Positions 36,658-51,464 of a DNA stretch of 64,000 bases are shown piece after piece. The stretch covers positions 46,066,001 through 46,130,000 of the forward strand of contig NC_087249.1 in assembly GCF_037042905.1 (NCBI RefSeq), written 5' to 3'. The notes beneath the pieces were generated by a model. The model was not told the DNA's origin. It saw only the letters and a program-made list of their open reading frames with translations, and made no database searches. Both the position numbers and the translations under genes were made by a program. The DNA comes from Lytechinus pictus (lineage: Eukaryota). How positions within the stretch are numbered: the first letter of the stretch is position 1; each line of letters begins with the position of its first letter.

Positions 36658-39279
36658 AAAAATTAGTTTAATCTCAAATAGAAAAGGGGTACAAATAGCA
36701 GGAATGATAAAAAAAAAATCGGTGAAGCATAGACATAGTGATATAGCTCTATGGGTGAAGGGTTGAGGGAAAATCTATCAAAGGTTAAATGAGAAGTTTT
36801 TTATTTGGGAGTTATTCAACCTTATCAGCCACAAACCCGAACTAAAAAAATTATGTACACTACAATCTACCAGTCTTCCTTTTTCCAAAATACCCTAGTG
36901 TGAACGACTTTTTGAAAGCTTAAAAAACCAAAAAAGGTGTCGCTACAAAATGCATGTGATTTTGGTCCAGGAAACATTTTGACAAGCAAAAGAACAACAA
37001 AAAATTCGCTTAAGTGATTTTTGTAACACTAACATTTCCACTTAGCTATGGACATTAATGTGAAATCAACAGCAGATGGGGCCGCTTGCAGATAACATTG
37101 CTCACTGTTCCGATCATAACAGCTATTTGGTGATTACTTAATCTAAGTTTTTGTATACCTGTTATATGGCGGGGGTTGAAGCCCCCCTCAGACCTCCGCC
37201 CCAATTTCCCGGTTTCACGTGCCCTGGAGGCCTACATGATAAATTAGAAGAATAAATTGTAAAAAACTTTCCTACCATCAAATTCATTGCCTATTTGAAA
37301 TTTACAAACCAAATTACCAATACTTTTTTAGTCTATGCCTCTATGGTCTCACTTTTAATTAAAACGTGTTATTCCTTGCCCGAGTATTTCTAGCTTTGAT
37401 AATGTTCGTTTTCTAGCTCCTCTACAAAATAATTACCAAGGATGGACATCCTGTTAAAAAGAAGGCAGGATTAATAAGAGTCCCCCTTCCACGGGGGGAA
37501 GGGGGGGGGGGGTAAACCTTAAAGGCAGTACTCGTAAACAGTGGAACAATGAGCCGAAAAATTGAGGGGGATTGATATGGCGTATCGCGTAAAGTTTATA
37601 AAATAGTTGCAAACGAGCGAAGTAATTTTTATTACAAAAATCCCATTTTGTGATATAATAGACATATCTAGAAAATAATATCATATTGCACAATTCTCTA
37701 TTTCCTTTTTTTTAAAAGGGGCACAATTTATAGCTACTTATTTCATTTATCATCTTAATAATTAGAGCGCGAAATTTGTTGATATAAAGCCTAGAAACTT
37801 GACATTTTAAGCAATTTCGTAATTATATATAGGATGCAAGGGTTAATATATTTTTTACAATAATGCGAGCGCAAATCACGAGCCGATTGTTTTTATAAAC
37901 TGTCATGAAAAGGGGATTTTAAGAGGTATCCGTATCATCCGTACATAACTCGCAAATCAAAATGCGAGCGCCCATGCAGTGCCTATATAGCTTTATGGAC
38001 TACACGAACTTGACAATAGGTACTTGAAAATGTTGGTAATCGGACCATAAAACAGACATTTATCAGAGCCCTTTATAACAAATCAATTTGTAAATCAAAA
38101 TAATGAAAGCTCGATATCCGACCTGAAATATATTTTGTATAATTGTCTTCAAAAGTTGATATTTTAAGCTCCATATCGGCCTATTGAACAAGATATGTAT
38201 CTCACCGAACAGGCAATTATCGAGCACGAAGCGCGAGCGAAAATTTTATAAAGTGACATGAAATATTTTTTCCCCAAGTCTCTCGTCAACCTCTAATTTT
38301 CCCTTCTTTTTTTTCTCAATTTTTCCTCCCCCCCCTTTTTTTAAAATTCTTTCTTTCGATCCACTGCTTTTAGGATCAAGCCGTATTTTTTTAAACTTTG
38401 CTCTCACAAAAAGCACCAAGTAATTTCAAATGCAACTGAGTCTTTATATATTATTATTACTAATCCCGGAAGAGTTCCGATTCTAATGGTATCACTTGCA
38501 AAGCTATTATCACAAGTTTTAAAAATCCTCTAAAATGCCTATATTATAAGTCACAATCATGTTAGTATCAGTCTTTGGACTGTTGTGACTATAGGTTTGA
38601 TAGTTTTATTGCAATAAAATCAAATTTTATATTGTAGGCCTTTTGAAAATTGTATATGAAAGTTGACGAATATATAAAAAGAAATTATATAAAGGTATAG
38701 GCCTTTTATATTACTCCCGAAGTTGAGTTTCATCAACGAGCTTTCAACATTTTCTTTCTACCCCACCTCTGTATCAGTGGCTTCCCTAGCAATGCATCGA
38801 TCCCTTGTTGGATTGGCTATTATCTATATTCAAACAAGATATGAAGGGTTTACATGCAAAAAAGGGACCAAATCCATTTTTGCTCATTCTTCATAAATGA
38901 AAAATTTTTATTTGACCAAAAAGTTATGTTCCCCTTTTTTCAGGAAGTTCCTCTACTATAATTTAAAGGTCATCAATAAATAGGTAACAGCAGCACGTGA
39001 CAGTAAAGAAATGAAATCATGCAGATCGATTTCTCTTATCTTATATGATTCTTTTATATCTATCATTCTTATGGATTTAGTCCCCGAGTTGCATGAACCT
39101 ATTTTTAAGTTGTTGTTCCGGATTGTTGCTATGTCAGGCAAAACATATAGGCCTACATGTAACTAAACAGACATGTAAACCATTTCAACATCTATATAGA
39201 CTGAGTGAGAGTGACTGACTTTAGGAAGGGTAGGAGAAGAAAAAAGTGCTATTATGTTCATATTAAAATTGTGTACAAC

Positions 39280-40738
39280 CAGTGGCGTAACTACGGGGGG
39301 GGGGCATGGGGGGCCCAATCGGCTGGCCAAAAAAAAAAAACGGGGGAAAAGGAGAAAAAGAGGGAAAAGGGAAGAGAAACTTAGTGAGGAAAGAAAATAT
39401 TATTGTTCATTATAGTGTAATATATATTTTTCATAACTTTATGAAACATTATTTGCTTCATTGTGTCTTCATTGTTCCTGGTGCTCGCATACACTGTTTA
39501 ACGAGATAATTATATAATCCTGTTGTACTAAAACCTCCCGTTTTCAAATCAATATACAACAAATATATTTCCTCCAAATTCGAGTTATTATTGTTTTATG
39601 TAGTGACATATTCTTCTTTTTCATGACTACTTAAAGTGATTGCCCTATTTTAAGGTCTTAATATAAAACATTTCCTGTCCGTGCTAACGTTCGCATTAGT
39701 GGATTGGTGAGATTTGTGCTCTTCATGAACTCCTAAAATCAGTCCTTAAAATGTCAATTTTTCTAATCTGAATATCAAAGTTATTTGGTTAGTGAAATAC
39801 GTAGGGTCTTAATGAATTCCTACAAACAAGCCTTAAAATGCCTCTTCAGGTCTGAATTTCCTAAATATTTAGCTCGCGCTTCGCGCTCGCAGTATTTGAT
39901 TAGTGAGATGCGTATGATAATCATGATTACAATTACTTCAAAAAGTGCTTCATGTGTTTAAATGTAATTCTAACAAAATCAGCAAGCGCTTGGCACTCGC
40001 ATTAGATGACTATGGTGAGATATGTATACTCTTAATGGATTCCTAAAAACATAGTCCATAAAATATCTATGTTTGGGGTCAATATATACAAAAAAATCAG
40101 CTTGCGCTTCGCGCTCGCATCATTTGGTTAGTGAAATACGTACGGCCTTAGCGGAATTCCTATACAAACAAGCCTTAGAATGCCTCTCTTCAAGTCTGAA
40201 TTTCCTAAATTTTCAGCTAGAGCTTCGCGCTTGCAGTATTTCATTAGTAAGATGCGTATGATAATCATGATTACAATGACTACAAAAGGTGCTTCATGAC
40301 TGTGTTTAGATGTAATTCTAACAAAATCAGCAAATGATGGCACTAGCATTAGATGACTATGGTGTGATATTTATACTCTTAATGGATTCTAAAATATAGT
40401 CCTTGATTTCCCTGTTTAGGGTCAATATATACAAAAAATTTTAGCTTGCGCTTCGCGCTCGCATTGTTTGTTTAGCGAGACAGTTATTATCATGATTACC
40501 AAAAAATTGCTTATAATGTCCCTTTTATGCTCTGAATATCAAAAATTTTCGGCTCGCGCTTCGCGCTCGCACTATTTAATCAGTGAGATACATATCCATT
40601 TAATGGCACAGCATGTCCTTCAAATATCTCTAATAGGTCAGTATACCTGACAACTGAGCGCGCGAAGCGCGCTCCCTAAGTGAATTGAAATTTGTGCTGG
40701 TGCCCCCCCCCCCCAATGCCGTGACCGGTATGCCACTG
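39280..40738. mobile_element. Non-autonomous hAT element with internal tandem repeats (gctcgcgcttcgcgctcgc motif)
   Basis: CAGTGGCGTA...TATGCCACTG; TSD tgtacaac/tgtacagc. Related degenerate repeats lie at ~7200-8300 and, inverted, ~37500-38370. Confidence 0.85.
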
Positions 40739-41059
40739 TGTACAGCTATAACCCATTTGGAGTTTTCATGTAATAGGGACTAAGCCCTGCACAATCGTAT
40801 AGAATTAAATTCTAATGCAGGATTATTTAACTGCATGTCATTTTATATCCTGCATTGACTCTTAAACATATAGGGCCTATAGGAAGAAAACTTCCTGAAT
40901 AGAAACATATATAGATTTGGGTAAAATAACACATATTTTGGATAGCTAAACTTGATAAATACCTCGATCTTTAAACATGCCAAACAATGTCAAATGATAA
41001 AACATGTATATATTTAGTCCAGACCTAGCTGCCAACGTCTGGGAATGAAAAATTATAGT

Positions 41060-41368
41060 GGCCCGTATTCTGAAGTCGGGTTTAACTAAAACTCAGGTTT
41101 AAAGTTGTGGTTTAAGTATGGATAGCCAATTGTTACATAAATCAGTAACAGTATAGAGATCGATGTCATATTTTAGCTCAAAATTGGCTCTCAAATCATT
41201 CATAATTGTCCAGGAGGTATAAATATAATTGTCTTCACCATTGAAGAATCAGGAAATAGCACAGTAAACATGGTAAATATAAGAAACATACAACTTAATA
41301 AAAATTTTGACACTTTTGGCTTCCCATGATTTTAGCACAGAGTTAGACCATGGTCTCAGTTAAACCTG
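41060..41368. mobile_element. Harbinger-like MITE, right end truncated
   Basis: ggcccgtattctgaagtcgggtttaact ... agttaaacctga partial inverted repeat. Confidence 0.55.
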
Positions 41369-41829
41369 ATGAAAAAGTGTATCCCCCCCAAAAAAAAAAA
41401 GTGTATTTAATAATAAAAATGCGTGGCGCACTCGCTCATCACGGCGCTCAAGCTGCATGCCTGCAAGCTAAAATGCGCGCTGCTCTTGCAGATGAAAAAA
41501 AAAACATTTGTTTCAACAAAATGATGGAAAAAAAACAAGTTACCTGAAATTACATTGATCTATATAATAACCATATTTATTAATGTCTCAAAACTTAAAA
41601 GTGTTAAGGTGTGTTGCATGACTATATCTATGCACATATTTTGCCTTATATTTTGTTAACTGCTGACTCCAGCCTGTTAAAAAAAGAGAGAAAAAAGAAA
41701 AGAAAAGAAAAAAGAGATAGAAACACTGTATATATACCGTAAATTCGCTTTTCATCAATCAATAAATCACAAATCAGCATATAGCGCATATAGAGGGCCT
41801 CCTTTTTGTGTCACCGAAAATAATCCAAA

Positions 41830-41901
41830 ATGGACGCGCCCATGGAGATAAAGGTTCCCTTGAACGACACCAAAATGGTGGTTCATCCGCCTCCAAAGCC
41901 G
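41830..41901 (+). CDS. RNF121: RING finger protein 121, exon 1 (MDAPMEIK...PPKP)
   Basis: caaaATGG start context; donor G|GTAAAT in phase 0; in frame with exon 2. This segment is not recognisably conserved, so assignment is inferred from position and phase. Confidence 0.7.
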
Positions 41902-44334
41902 GTAAATCATTCACAGTTGTAATTATAATACGATTCTATGTCTTTTTTGCTACGTCCTTATGCATAATTAGCACGTGGTAGGGAGTATGAACCGAATTGA
42001 AGTTGAGTTGCCAGTTGGAGAGTGTAGTGACAGTGTACCCTCGCAATACTGTGAGTGAGTGTGAGTGCGATCGGCTTGGCCTTGCCCTTGGTCATTGGTG
42101 ACGTGTGACTCTGACCTGTGTGACTGTAAAAAAGCATGCATGTGACTGAGCGCTGCAGCTGCACTATACTCTACAGTCTACAGATTTACAAAATGAACCT
42201 GATATTGATAATAATGTTAGAGTTTGGTCTATGACTCCAGACTCCAATATGGGAGGCAATCTCTCCCATCAAATACTACTATTAGAGACTTGCTAAGCTG
42301 AAAGTTCTTTTGTTCTTTTGCAAATGAGTTGCTTTGCAAAAGAAACAACAGTCAAGACAACAATAATAAATTAAAAGCTTAATTTTTCCACTCAAAATTT
42401 TTGTCTCACTGAGTCTGACTCTGAGGTCAGAAGCCCATTTGTTTTGTCTTGTCTACAGTCTTGTCTTTCCGTTAATGCCCACAATCATAATTATGGCATA
42501 TGAACGTCAAGATTGTTGATTTGACCTGATATTTTTTTCCGGGACCGGCAGGTGCAATACACCGGGTGAACACCCTACTCTTTGACGAATGGTGTATTGA
42601 CTAAATTGGTTTTAACGTGCATAGGTTGTGACTCTCCTATAGTTATGGGACCAACATTTGCGTCCTTTCCATTTTTTCCAATGGAGTGTTTTCCAACTGC
42701 ATTCACACCTGCACTGAATACAGTGGTGAGGCACACTAACACACACACACTATTGCGAGGTTAGTATATGCTATACGAACCTCGCACAACCAACGTGTTT
42801 TTGTAGTGGATTTTAGAGTTGTCGTTAACATCGCTTCATAACGTGAATGATGTTAGCTACTCACCAGGGCTTTTTCTGGTAGAAAGCGTTCCATTATCAA
42901 TTTTTAACATATTTTTTTAATTTAAAAAGGACACAAAAAAGAGCAAAATCGCTTACCTCCGCCTGGAAAGTGGCTTAGCACGTCTCTTCCACGGAAATAA
43001 AAGGAAGGTCGTTGGTGGCGCTAATACAGTTCGCAACCTTAATTCAGCTTGGTGGTATTTTTTAAACTAGATTCATGATTCATTGTATGCGCAATTCCAA
43101 TAATTTGATAAAATAGAGACCCCAATAAATGCAATAACTTAAAAAACATACTTTTTATTATTTTTGCTGACGATAATACTTTTTGGAAAATATTCAAAAC
43201 GATGACAAATTAAACAAAAAATATAGAAATTTCTATGTACCTTGAACAAAGCCCCGCAAGTGCTACCGTTCGTTTGTCAATTAACGTTCCACCAAAGTCT
43301 TTACAGTAAAAAGATTGAACACTTTGCTGACTTCACGTAACGCTTTGCATCGATTTACGTGTAAGATAATTTCTGTGTCTAGTCTTTCAATTGTAGTGTC
43401 TTTGATATGAAGATAAATCGCGCGCCCTCTTTCGCTCATTAGACGAAAAATTTGAGAGCTAGAAAGGTAGCTCTCGTAGTTTTTCAACGAGAAGAAAAAT
43501 CAACGCTTAAATGACGCATTTTGAGGGATATTCATCAAATTATGAGGAATTGACTTCACATCGTTTCGTAAGTTTCGTAGGAGGACTTCATTCTGTAAGT
43601 CCTCGTATTAATTTTTCGTAAATTAAAGTCATTTGTTGAATGCGCCGTGCCTTCAATTATTCTGTAGTCGGCGGCTGAGATGTAGCCGTGGGTGGCTAAC
43701 ACACAACGCTATAGCATCAGATTTTTTGATCTTATCAGAAACATGCGCTCTAACCGACTGAGCTACATGTACGCTGTGTGTGGATGACAACAAAAATCCT
43801 TATCAAAACAAAAGAAGACAAGTCAATTTTTAAAGTAGACTGTGAAAATGGGTAATTTTTCATGAGGAATCTGCTTATCTTATCACATTTATTTGCCGCC
43901 AAGGTAATCCTTTTGAAGCAAATGTAAACAACCAAAGGAAATTGATCTCTTAAACTGGAGACTGTCTCTGAAATTGGATACCCAAATTCTTTACAAAAGT
44001 CTCTGATATTGGAGATAATCTCTCTCACAGTCTGAGACAGTCTCCCATATTGGCCGTACGCCTCTACTGTATGATAGCAATGGACAGAACACTTGAGTTG
44101 AGGTGAAAGCTTTCCATTCAATGAGGCATTCATTTCAATTTTCATATTTCACTGAGCAATGCATGGATGAAAAATCATCACTTGTATCAAAATAATCAAA
44201 TTCTCTGCTGAATGGAAAATGGCGAAGGTGAATTGCACATGTGTGGAGGTCTGCAGCAATTTTAGGTACAGATTTTCTCACCGATAGAACAGTAGTGATC
44301 ATTTATTATATAAAAATTTTTTTTTTTTTTCCAG

Positions 44335-44375
44335 ACACTGGATCTTTCCAAGTTACCGGAACAAGAAAGAATACG
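44335..44375 (+). CDS. RNF121: RNF121 exon 2 (TLDLSKLPEQERIR)
   Basis: T-tract ccAG acceptor and GTAAGT donor; resembles the conserved 'DLS.L.PEE.WR' segment. Confidence 0.88.
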
Positions 44376-44432
44376 GTAAGTAAACTGGAGGGTCAAAGAA
44401 AGAATACCGGTATCACCGACATTCACCCAAAC

Positions 44433-44751
44433 CTTTGTATCAGTCGATTTTGGTCAAAACTATCAATTTTGAGATTTTTGCAGAAAATGAAAGAACAAGT
44501 CCTACTCTTTATGGTTCAATCTTTTGGCAGCAATATGGGCAATTTACTTTATGAGATAAGCAGAGACTTACAAGGCAATGGCACACAAATTTTTGTATCA
44601 GTCGATTTTGGTCAAAACTCCATTTTGAGATTTTTGCAGAAAATGAAAGAACAAGTCCTACTCTTTATGGTTCAATCTTTTGGCAGCAATATGAGCAATT
44701 TACTTTATGAGATATGGGGAGACTTTCAAGGCATTGCCACACAAATTTTTG
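44433..44751. repeat. ~158-bp direct tandem duplication in RNF121 intron 2
   Basis: tttgtatcagtcgattttggtcaaaact...cacacaaattttt occurs twice. Confidence 0.9.
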
Positions 44752-44839
44752 ATAAACTGCAAATCCATTACATGGAAAATTTAGTCATTCTCCTCTCTCC
44801 CTCCCTCCCTGTCCCCTCGTAACTCTCTCTCTTCTACAG

Positions 44840-44981
44840 GATTCAACATCAGAGAATGCATGAGAAGCACAAAGGCCATGAAGCGATGCATGCAGAGATG
44901 ATTTTAATCTTAATAGCAACACTATTTGTAGCACAGATACTTCTCGTCCAGTGGAAACAGAGACACTTCAAATCATACCAG
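44840..44981 (+). CDS. RNF121: RNF121 exon 3 (HEKHKGHEAMHAEMILIL...QWKQRH)
   Basis: Signature H.KH.GHEAMHAEM motif plus transmembrane helix; canonical splice sites. Confidence 0.96.
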
Positions 44982-44990
44982 GTCTGTCTT

Positions 44991-45148
44991 ATACCTCGGT
45001 CACATTTGCTCTACGGCGAGTCGAAAACAGCCGTTTCATCCATTTTTATTCAGACCATGTATATATATGTAGCTATTACCAAAAAATGTTAAAACGGCTG
45101 TTTTCGACTCGCCGTACAGCCGCCGTAGATCAAATGTGACCAAGGTAT
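44991..45148. mobile_element. Palindromic MITE ~10 nt downstream of the exon 3 donor
   Basis: atacctcggtcacatttgctctacggcg ... cgccgtagatcaaatgtgaccaaggtat. Confidence 0.85.
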
Positions 45149-46627
45149 TATTCTAAATTTTCTAGCATCCTTCTTTCAGGGATATTGTTTGGAAGGAGCT
45201 TTATCTCTTGTAATTTATGCAAAACTCATTGATGGGTTCTGAAACTTAGAATGCTGTTTGTAACATTCCACAGGTTTGGCTTTGAACTTTCATACGGCAC
45301 ACCACTCTTCTGCTGAGGTGATTTTCAGAAGCCTGATACCAGTGTGAATTGCTATATAAATTACAAAGCTCATCAATATCCATTTTATTTTAAGAGGCAA
45401 TATGATCCATTTTACTTTCAGCATTGATAGAATGTTTCGGATTTTTGTTTTGCTTTTGGTAAATTTGATATGCATTGGTTGTAAAATTCTGTTTCTGCCT
45501 ATAAATGGCTTTACTGTGTGATCCTGTGTTTTTTTTGCTAATATTGTATTTGAACACTCAGTATTATTTAAAATGTGGTTGATAGCATACATTTAATCTT
45601 CCTTGAATCAACTTGCAGCTTTTGTTTTTGTTTTCAATAGGTGTTAGCCCATCCCTTTTCTTGTTGTTCCTGTTGAGCTGCAGGGGTGGGTCCAGCAGGA
45701 TATTAAAGACACTGTAGCTTATAGGGGTTGACCATTGTGCTCAAACAATACATCCCCTGAATGAAATGGTGCTGTATTCAACTTGGCATGGCCAAATTGA
45801 ATTACAAGAATGTGGCCATTACTTTATAAGTCTTAGAGTCTGTGTTTCATACATGAAAATGAAAGGCCTTTATGCCATCAGTAACCCAATAGACTGTCAG
45901 AGCCTGATCGGGTTAAACAAAGTGAGCATTGGGGTAAAAAATTCATGTTTATAGTCTTATGATGTAATCACTGCCGGATCTGTCATTGATATCTAAAGTT
46001 TCTACATGTAAAATCCATATTTGTTTATCTGGTAAAGTCCGGAAAGTGACTGGAATGACTCACTTTCGAATAGGGGTGTTGAACACTGCTGTTAGGGATG
46101 CCACACTTTTAAGAAATACCGGTATTGATTTGGTCCTATTTTGACAATCATTAGATTGCCTTGAGTTTTGTTTACAAGTAATTATAGATGAAACACCATT
46201 TAAAAATACAAAAAAATATTGGAAAATATTTGTCCAGGAATGGTCATACCGCATTTTTATATTCATGTTTAAGCAAATTTGTTAGTCTGTGAGAAAATTT
46301 AAAAGTTGTATGTTCTATTGCTAGAGCAATAAACTTGGAACAAAAACATGCTGAGCTATCTCACTAGCAAAAGACCTAAGTATAAAACCCAGATCAATAA
46401 ATATTCATATGCGAAAGTTGAATTTTAATATTGTCAAGGATGGACAAAATTTTATCAGTTACGGATATTTGCATTATGTTGCAATGGTATGTGTAGGAGA
46501 TTTCTTGTGTTAATTGTGTTTTATCAGTTTGGAGAGATATTTCATTACATAAATCCAATAAATGGTATTGTAATTCATAAATATATCCCCAAATATCCCC
46601 TCCCCCAACTCTCACTCACACGCAAGT

Positions 46628-47220
46628 ATTTTCATGCTCCATTGATAAAGTCTGGAGGGGGCATTGAATATTGCACCGTCCGTCCATCCCCCTAATTTGT
46701 TTCGGCATGATAATTAAAAAAAAAAACGTTTGACAGATTTGAAATATTTTTGGTGTGTAGGTAGGTCACAGTAAAATACAGGTAATTTTCAAATTTGGAG
46801 TCCTCAAGTCCAAGGTAAAAAGTTACAGCTCATTACATACATGTATGCGGATTGGTTTCTGGCTGATAAGTTGATAAATATTTGACGGAATTAGAAATGT
46901 TTTGGTTTGTATGTATGACACTGAAATACAAGTCAAGTTCGAATTTGGAGTCTGTCGATAAAATGTCAAAGGTCACGGTACTCACAGCTCATTATATGTG
47001 CAAAATAGTTTTGGGGTGATAACTTGATAAATATTTAACAAAATTAAACAAAAATTGGTATGTACATGTACGTAGATGACAGTAAAATACAAGTCAAGTT
47101 CAAGTTGGAGTCTGCAGGTCAAAGGTCACAGCTGGTGCGAAATAGTTTCCACACGCTCAATGAGACAAATAATGCTTACTGACTGCATTATAGCTGGGAC
47201 ATCTCTGTCCTGTTGACAAA
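46628..47220 (+). mobile_element. Degenerate Tsp/HINE-like element
   Basis: ccgtccgtcc microsatellite followed by three ~150-180 bp core repeats with (a)ggtcaaaggtcac. Confidence 0.55.
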
Positions 47221-47844
47221 GAAAATTGGGTACTGGGCTGAAATATCAATTTTAATTGGGGTTATGCCCATCTGTGACACAAAATGTCCATCTGTGATGC
47301 CAAATGTCCATCCATGACACTGGAAATGTCAATCTGTGACAAAACTTTTTCTCCTTTTAGTAAAAGGTAAAGCTTGCTTCAAAATTATATACATACATGT
47401 ATGTCAGGGAAGTCAACTTGTTACACTACCAGTCACAATTCTATGACTACCTGTTTACCTGTTTCACCAGAGAACAATATATAATCTACATTACATGCTC
47501 AAGGATGTTCAGAGCAAATAAGAAAGAGAAGAGTAAAAAAAACATACATTCCGGGTTTCAATTTTAACAATGAATACGGAAGTAGTTTCCTGTATGAAAC
47601 AATGTTCAATACCCACTAGGATTATTTTTCATAGAATATAGGAAAGTTATGAATACTTTAAGTATTCATTTAGAAAATGTCCTTGATTTCTTTAATGATA
47701 AAAAATTATATCAGTAAATATACCGACCCCAACCTACTCCCCCATCCCCCCTACCCCCCCCCCCCCGATGATGATGTAATATCTTACAATTTTTAACATG
47801 TAATTAATGCCTTTTTTTCTTGCCTCTCTTTTCTGATTTTTCAG

Positions 47845-47999
47845 ATGGCAACACTGTTTGGCATGTGGGTCATACCTCTTTATTTCTGCGTATCTATGCA
47901 TTGGACCCGATTTCTGGTCATATGGGCCATCTTTTCGTTTGTTACCAGTATTATTGTTTATAAAGCAACAAGGAAACCTTTGCCGGGAACAACACCAAG
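47845..47999 (+). CDS. RNF121: RNF121 exon 4 (MATLFGMWVIP...ATRKPLPGTTPR)
   Basis: TM helices and ATRKPL..TTPR motif; tttcAG and GTATGT splice sites. Confidence 0.96.
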
Positions 48000-49392
48000 G
48001 TATGTACTGGGACCAGTGTATTTCTGTCAGGGATATGATCCGCTTAGACTTCGTCTGGCTCCGCGGTATCCCCTCTGTCAATAGACCAATGACGGTCATT
48101 GGGCTCGTAATGGTAGAGGTTCGACCAACTGTTCTATGGAGGAAAATCCAGCTGAGCGTACGAACGCGCCAGCCAATCACAATAGCCCAGGCTAAATAGG
48201 GTTATAGTATAAAGGCAAATACTTAATTTTGTACATTTATTACAAATTAATTGTAATTACAAATTATGAAGAATAGTATTTCATTTCATGTCTATTTTGA
48301 ACAATAAAATATGGATTCATTTTTTCATATTGTGAGTTCTATGATGCAATCTTGTAGTTTACATCCGACTCTAAGCACATGCAAATTTTTGCGGCAATCG
48401 CGCGATCATTGGTTGAGATTTGAAGGGGATGTGAAATTAACCCCCCCCCCCCATAAAAACCTGATTGGAAATAGTCCAATTAAAATAGGGTTAAAGACAT
48501 GATTTATCTTCAATATCTTGAGTATGCAACTTTTTTTTTTAGCTCAAGCTTTGCATCACCTTGCAGTTTGTTTGTGGCGCAAGTAGTGTTGTGTGTCTAC
48601 TGGGGAGATTGAGCTGGCGCTCTCTTCCCAGCTGGGCAGGCCGCTAGCAAGGGGCTGGGACAAGTGCAATTTTGGTAATGACTTTGACACTGCCAATACA
48701 AATTTCTTTTATCTTCATTTGAGTACATCACCTATGTAAATGGAGGTTGGAGGAGAGTGATATTTATCGATGCTTGTGTGAACAATTAACTTGATGGCTT
48801 GCTTTTGAATTAGAATCTAATTTAATTTTTATGAGCCATGTTCTTATTCATATTTTTTTCAAAAACAAAATTTGAGGAGGAAAGACTCATCAGATATGCG
48901 CAGATTGCAGCAGAGAGCGTCTAGAACCCCATAGCTTTTAGGGACCCTGGCGAATAGGACTTTGTGCTTGCTCTGTGAGCTTGTGACATGCACAACTCAT
49001 GTATAATTTTCCTTAAAACAAATTTCATCCCCTGGGTCGATTTGCCACTTGCTTCCCTGCTTCAAGATACCTCTGCGATGGAATAGTACTTTGACTGTAA
49101 ACTAAAGTATTTCCAAAGTAAACTATGATGTCTACAACTAAACTTTGATGTACATGTACTAGCAAACTTGTTGAAGTACTGTAGGATCCAATTGTAATGT
49201 AATATTTTTATCCAACACTGGGACCTTTTCTTTCCTCATGGACTGAAATTAAAAAATTTATCAATAGTTTTGTAGATTTTTTTTTCTTATTTCAAGATAC
49301 TTGTACTTTGTTATCTGAAATTCTGTGATTGTAGTGTGACTACATTTCTTTATAAAAAAAAAGAAATACACCCATGCTATAAAACACCCTAG

Positions 49393-49923
<531 letters not shown>

Positions 49924-51464
49924 TGAAGTGCAGAGTCCCTTAAATAAAAAAATAGGTAAGTAATTCGTTTGAACTAAAACATGGCTCGAAATAAGCATTC
50001 ATGAAACAAAAACTAAATTAAAACAAAAGCAAAAATGATGCCCTGATAGCATGTTAAGATATAGACATCATTTGCATCTAATAAAAAAAATCATAATTTA
50101 CCTCAAAATTATGAAAAATATTTGGAAAAAATATCATTTACAGTATTCTGGGAGAAGTAAATCCTTCAGATTCTTCTTGAATAATAAAATATTGTTACAA
50201 ATTCGTATGTATAAAGATAATGAAGTCCAAATGTTAGTTCCTACATTTCTTATAGGTATAGTTAGTAGGTTGTAAAGAACTGAGCTCTCTGTGCACATCA
50301 CTACCAAACTTATCCATAGTGGTTTAACTGTTTAAAAGTGTTCATTTGGTATACTGAAATCTCTGGGCTTTGTGTGGATAGTATGGAAAAAGAAGGGGTT
50401 TTGTGAGCGTTTGGAGAAGGAGATAATCAACAGCAGCCAGGGGCCCATGACACAAAGCTTAGCATTGATCATAGAATATTTTTCTACGATTGATTCCATT
50501 GGCTACAATGTACAATCAATCTTGAAAATCAAGCATACGATTACTGTACGAGCTGTTATTTTTGCGTTTTTTTTCCCCGCAGATTTCGCGAATTGCAGAT
50601 CAGCCGCGAAAAGATTGACACATTTATTAGTAAGTGCCAATATCCCCAACAGCAAAGCTTTCCTATTAAAAACATCATGTGTAGTGAAAAAAATGAGATA
50701 TGCACCTCTGTATGTACAAAAAATAAGGTGTAGAAAGTACAGTTAGTGATTCAAAAAGTTAGCTAGAATTTCATTTTTTTTATTTCTCATACAAAATCAA
50801 GCCTAAACTATTTTCTCACATAATTCTATTGATATTTATTCACTCACTGTAATATTAAAATGTATTTTCCATGAAATAATTTGATTTTGTCATCTGATTC
50901 ACTATATACACACGTATTGGCAGCTATTTGCATACACATTAATATTCATAAGTCACATGACCAGAGCTTTTTCGGTGTAAGATTCTGTAAACAAAATTAA
51001 ACATTTTTGCACTGAAACCAACTTTTTAAAAAGTGAATCTAACACAACACAACTTCAAAAGATTACTCTTACAGATCAAACTGTGACATGATGAATTTTC
51101 AGATCTAAAGGTACAAAAAAGTGAAATTTAAGCCACTTTTTTCCACATTTTGTAACTGTTTTTACAGGAACCTAATTATGTACAAAAAACACATCAGCAT
51201 AGGGACTTTGAGGAGCATAATTGTGCACATGATTTGCACTGGAAGTGCATCTTCAGATCACAAATTCTGTACACGAAAATAACAGCTAGTACAGTAATCA
51301 CTAACCTTTGTGTTACGGTACCCAGGGACAACAGAATGATTACCTGTAGGACTAGCAGACACTGCATAACAATGGAACCTCAATTGTGCAAGATCCTGGT
51401 GGATCAAGCAATAACAGGATGTTGCTGTTGTATTGAGCAAGAATACCTACTCAACCATGCCTAA

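Noticed and set aside
44241-44822. 193-aa ORF with an internal repeat
   Set aside because: Intronic ~158-bp duplication; the real 41-nt exon is in a different frame.
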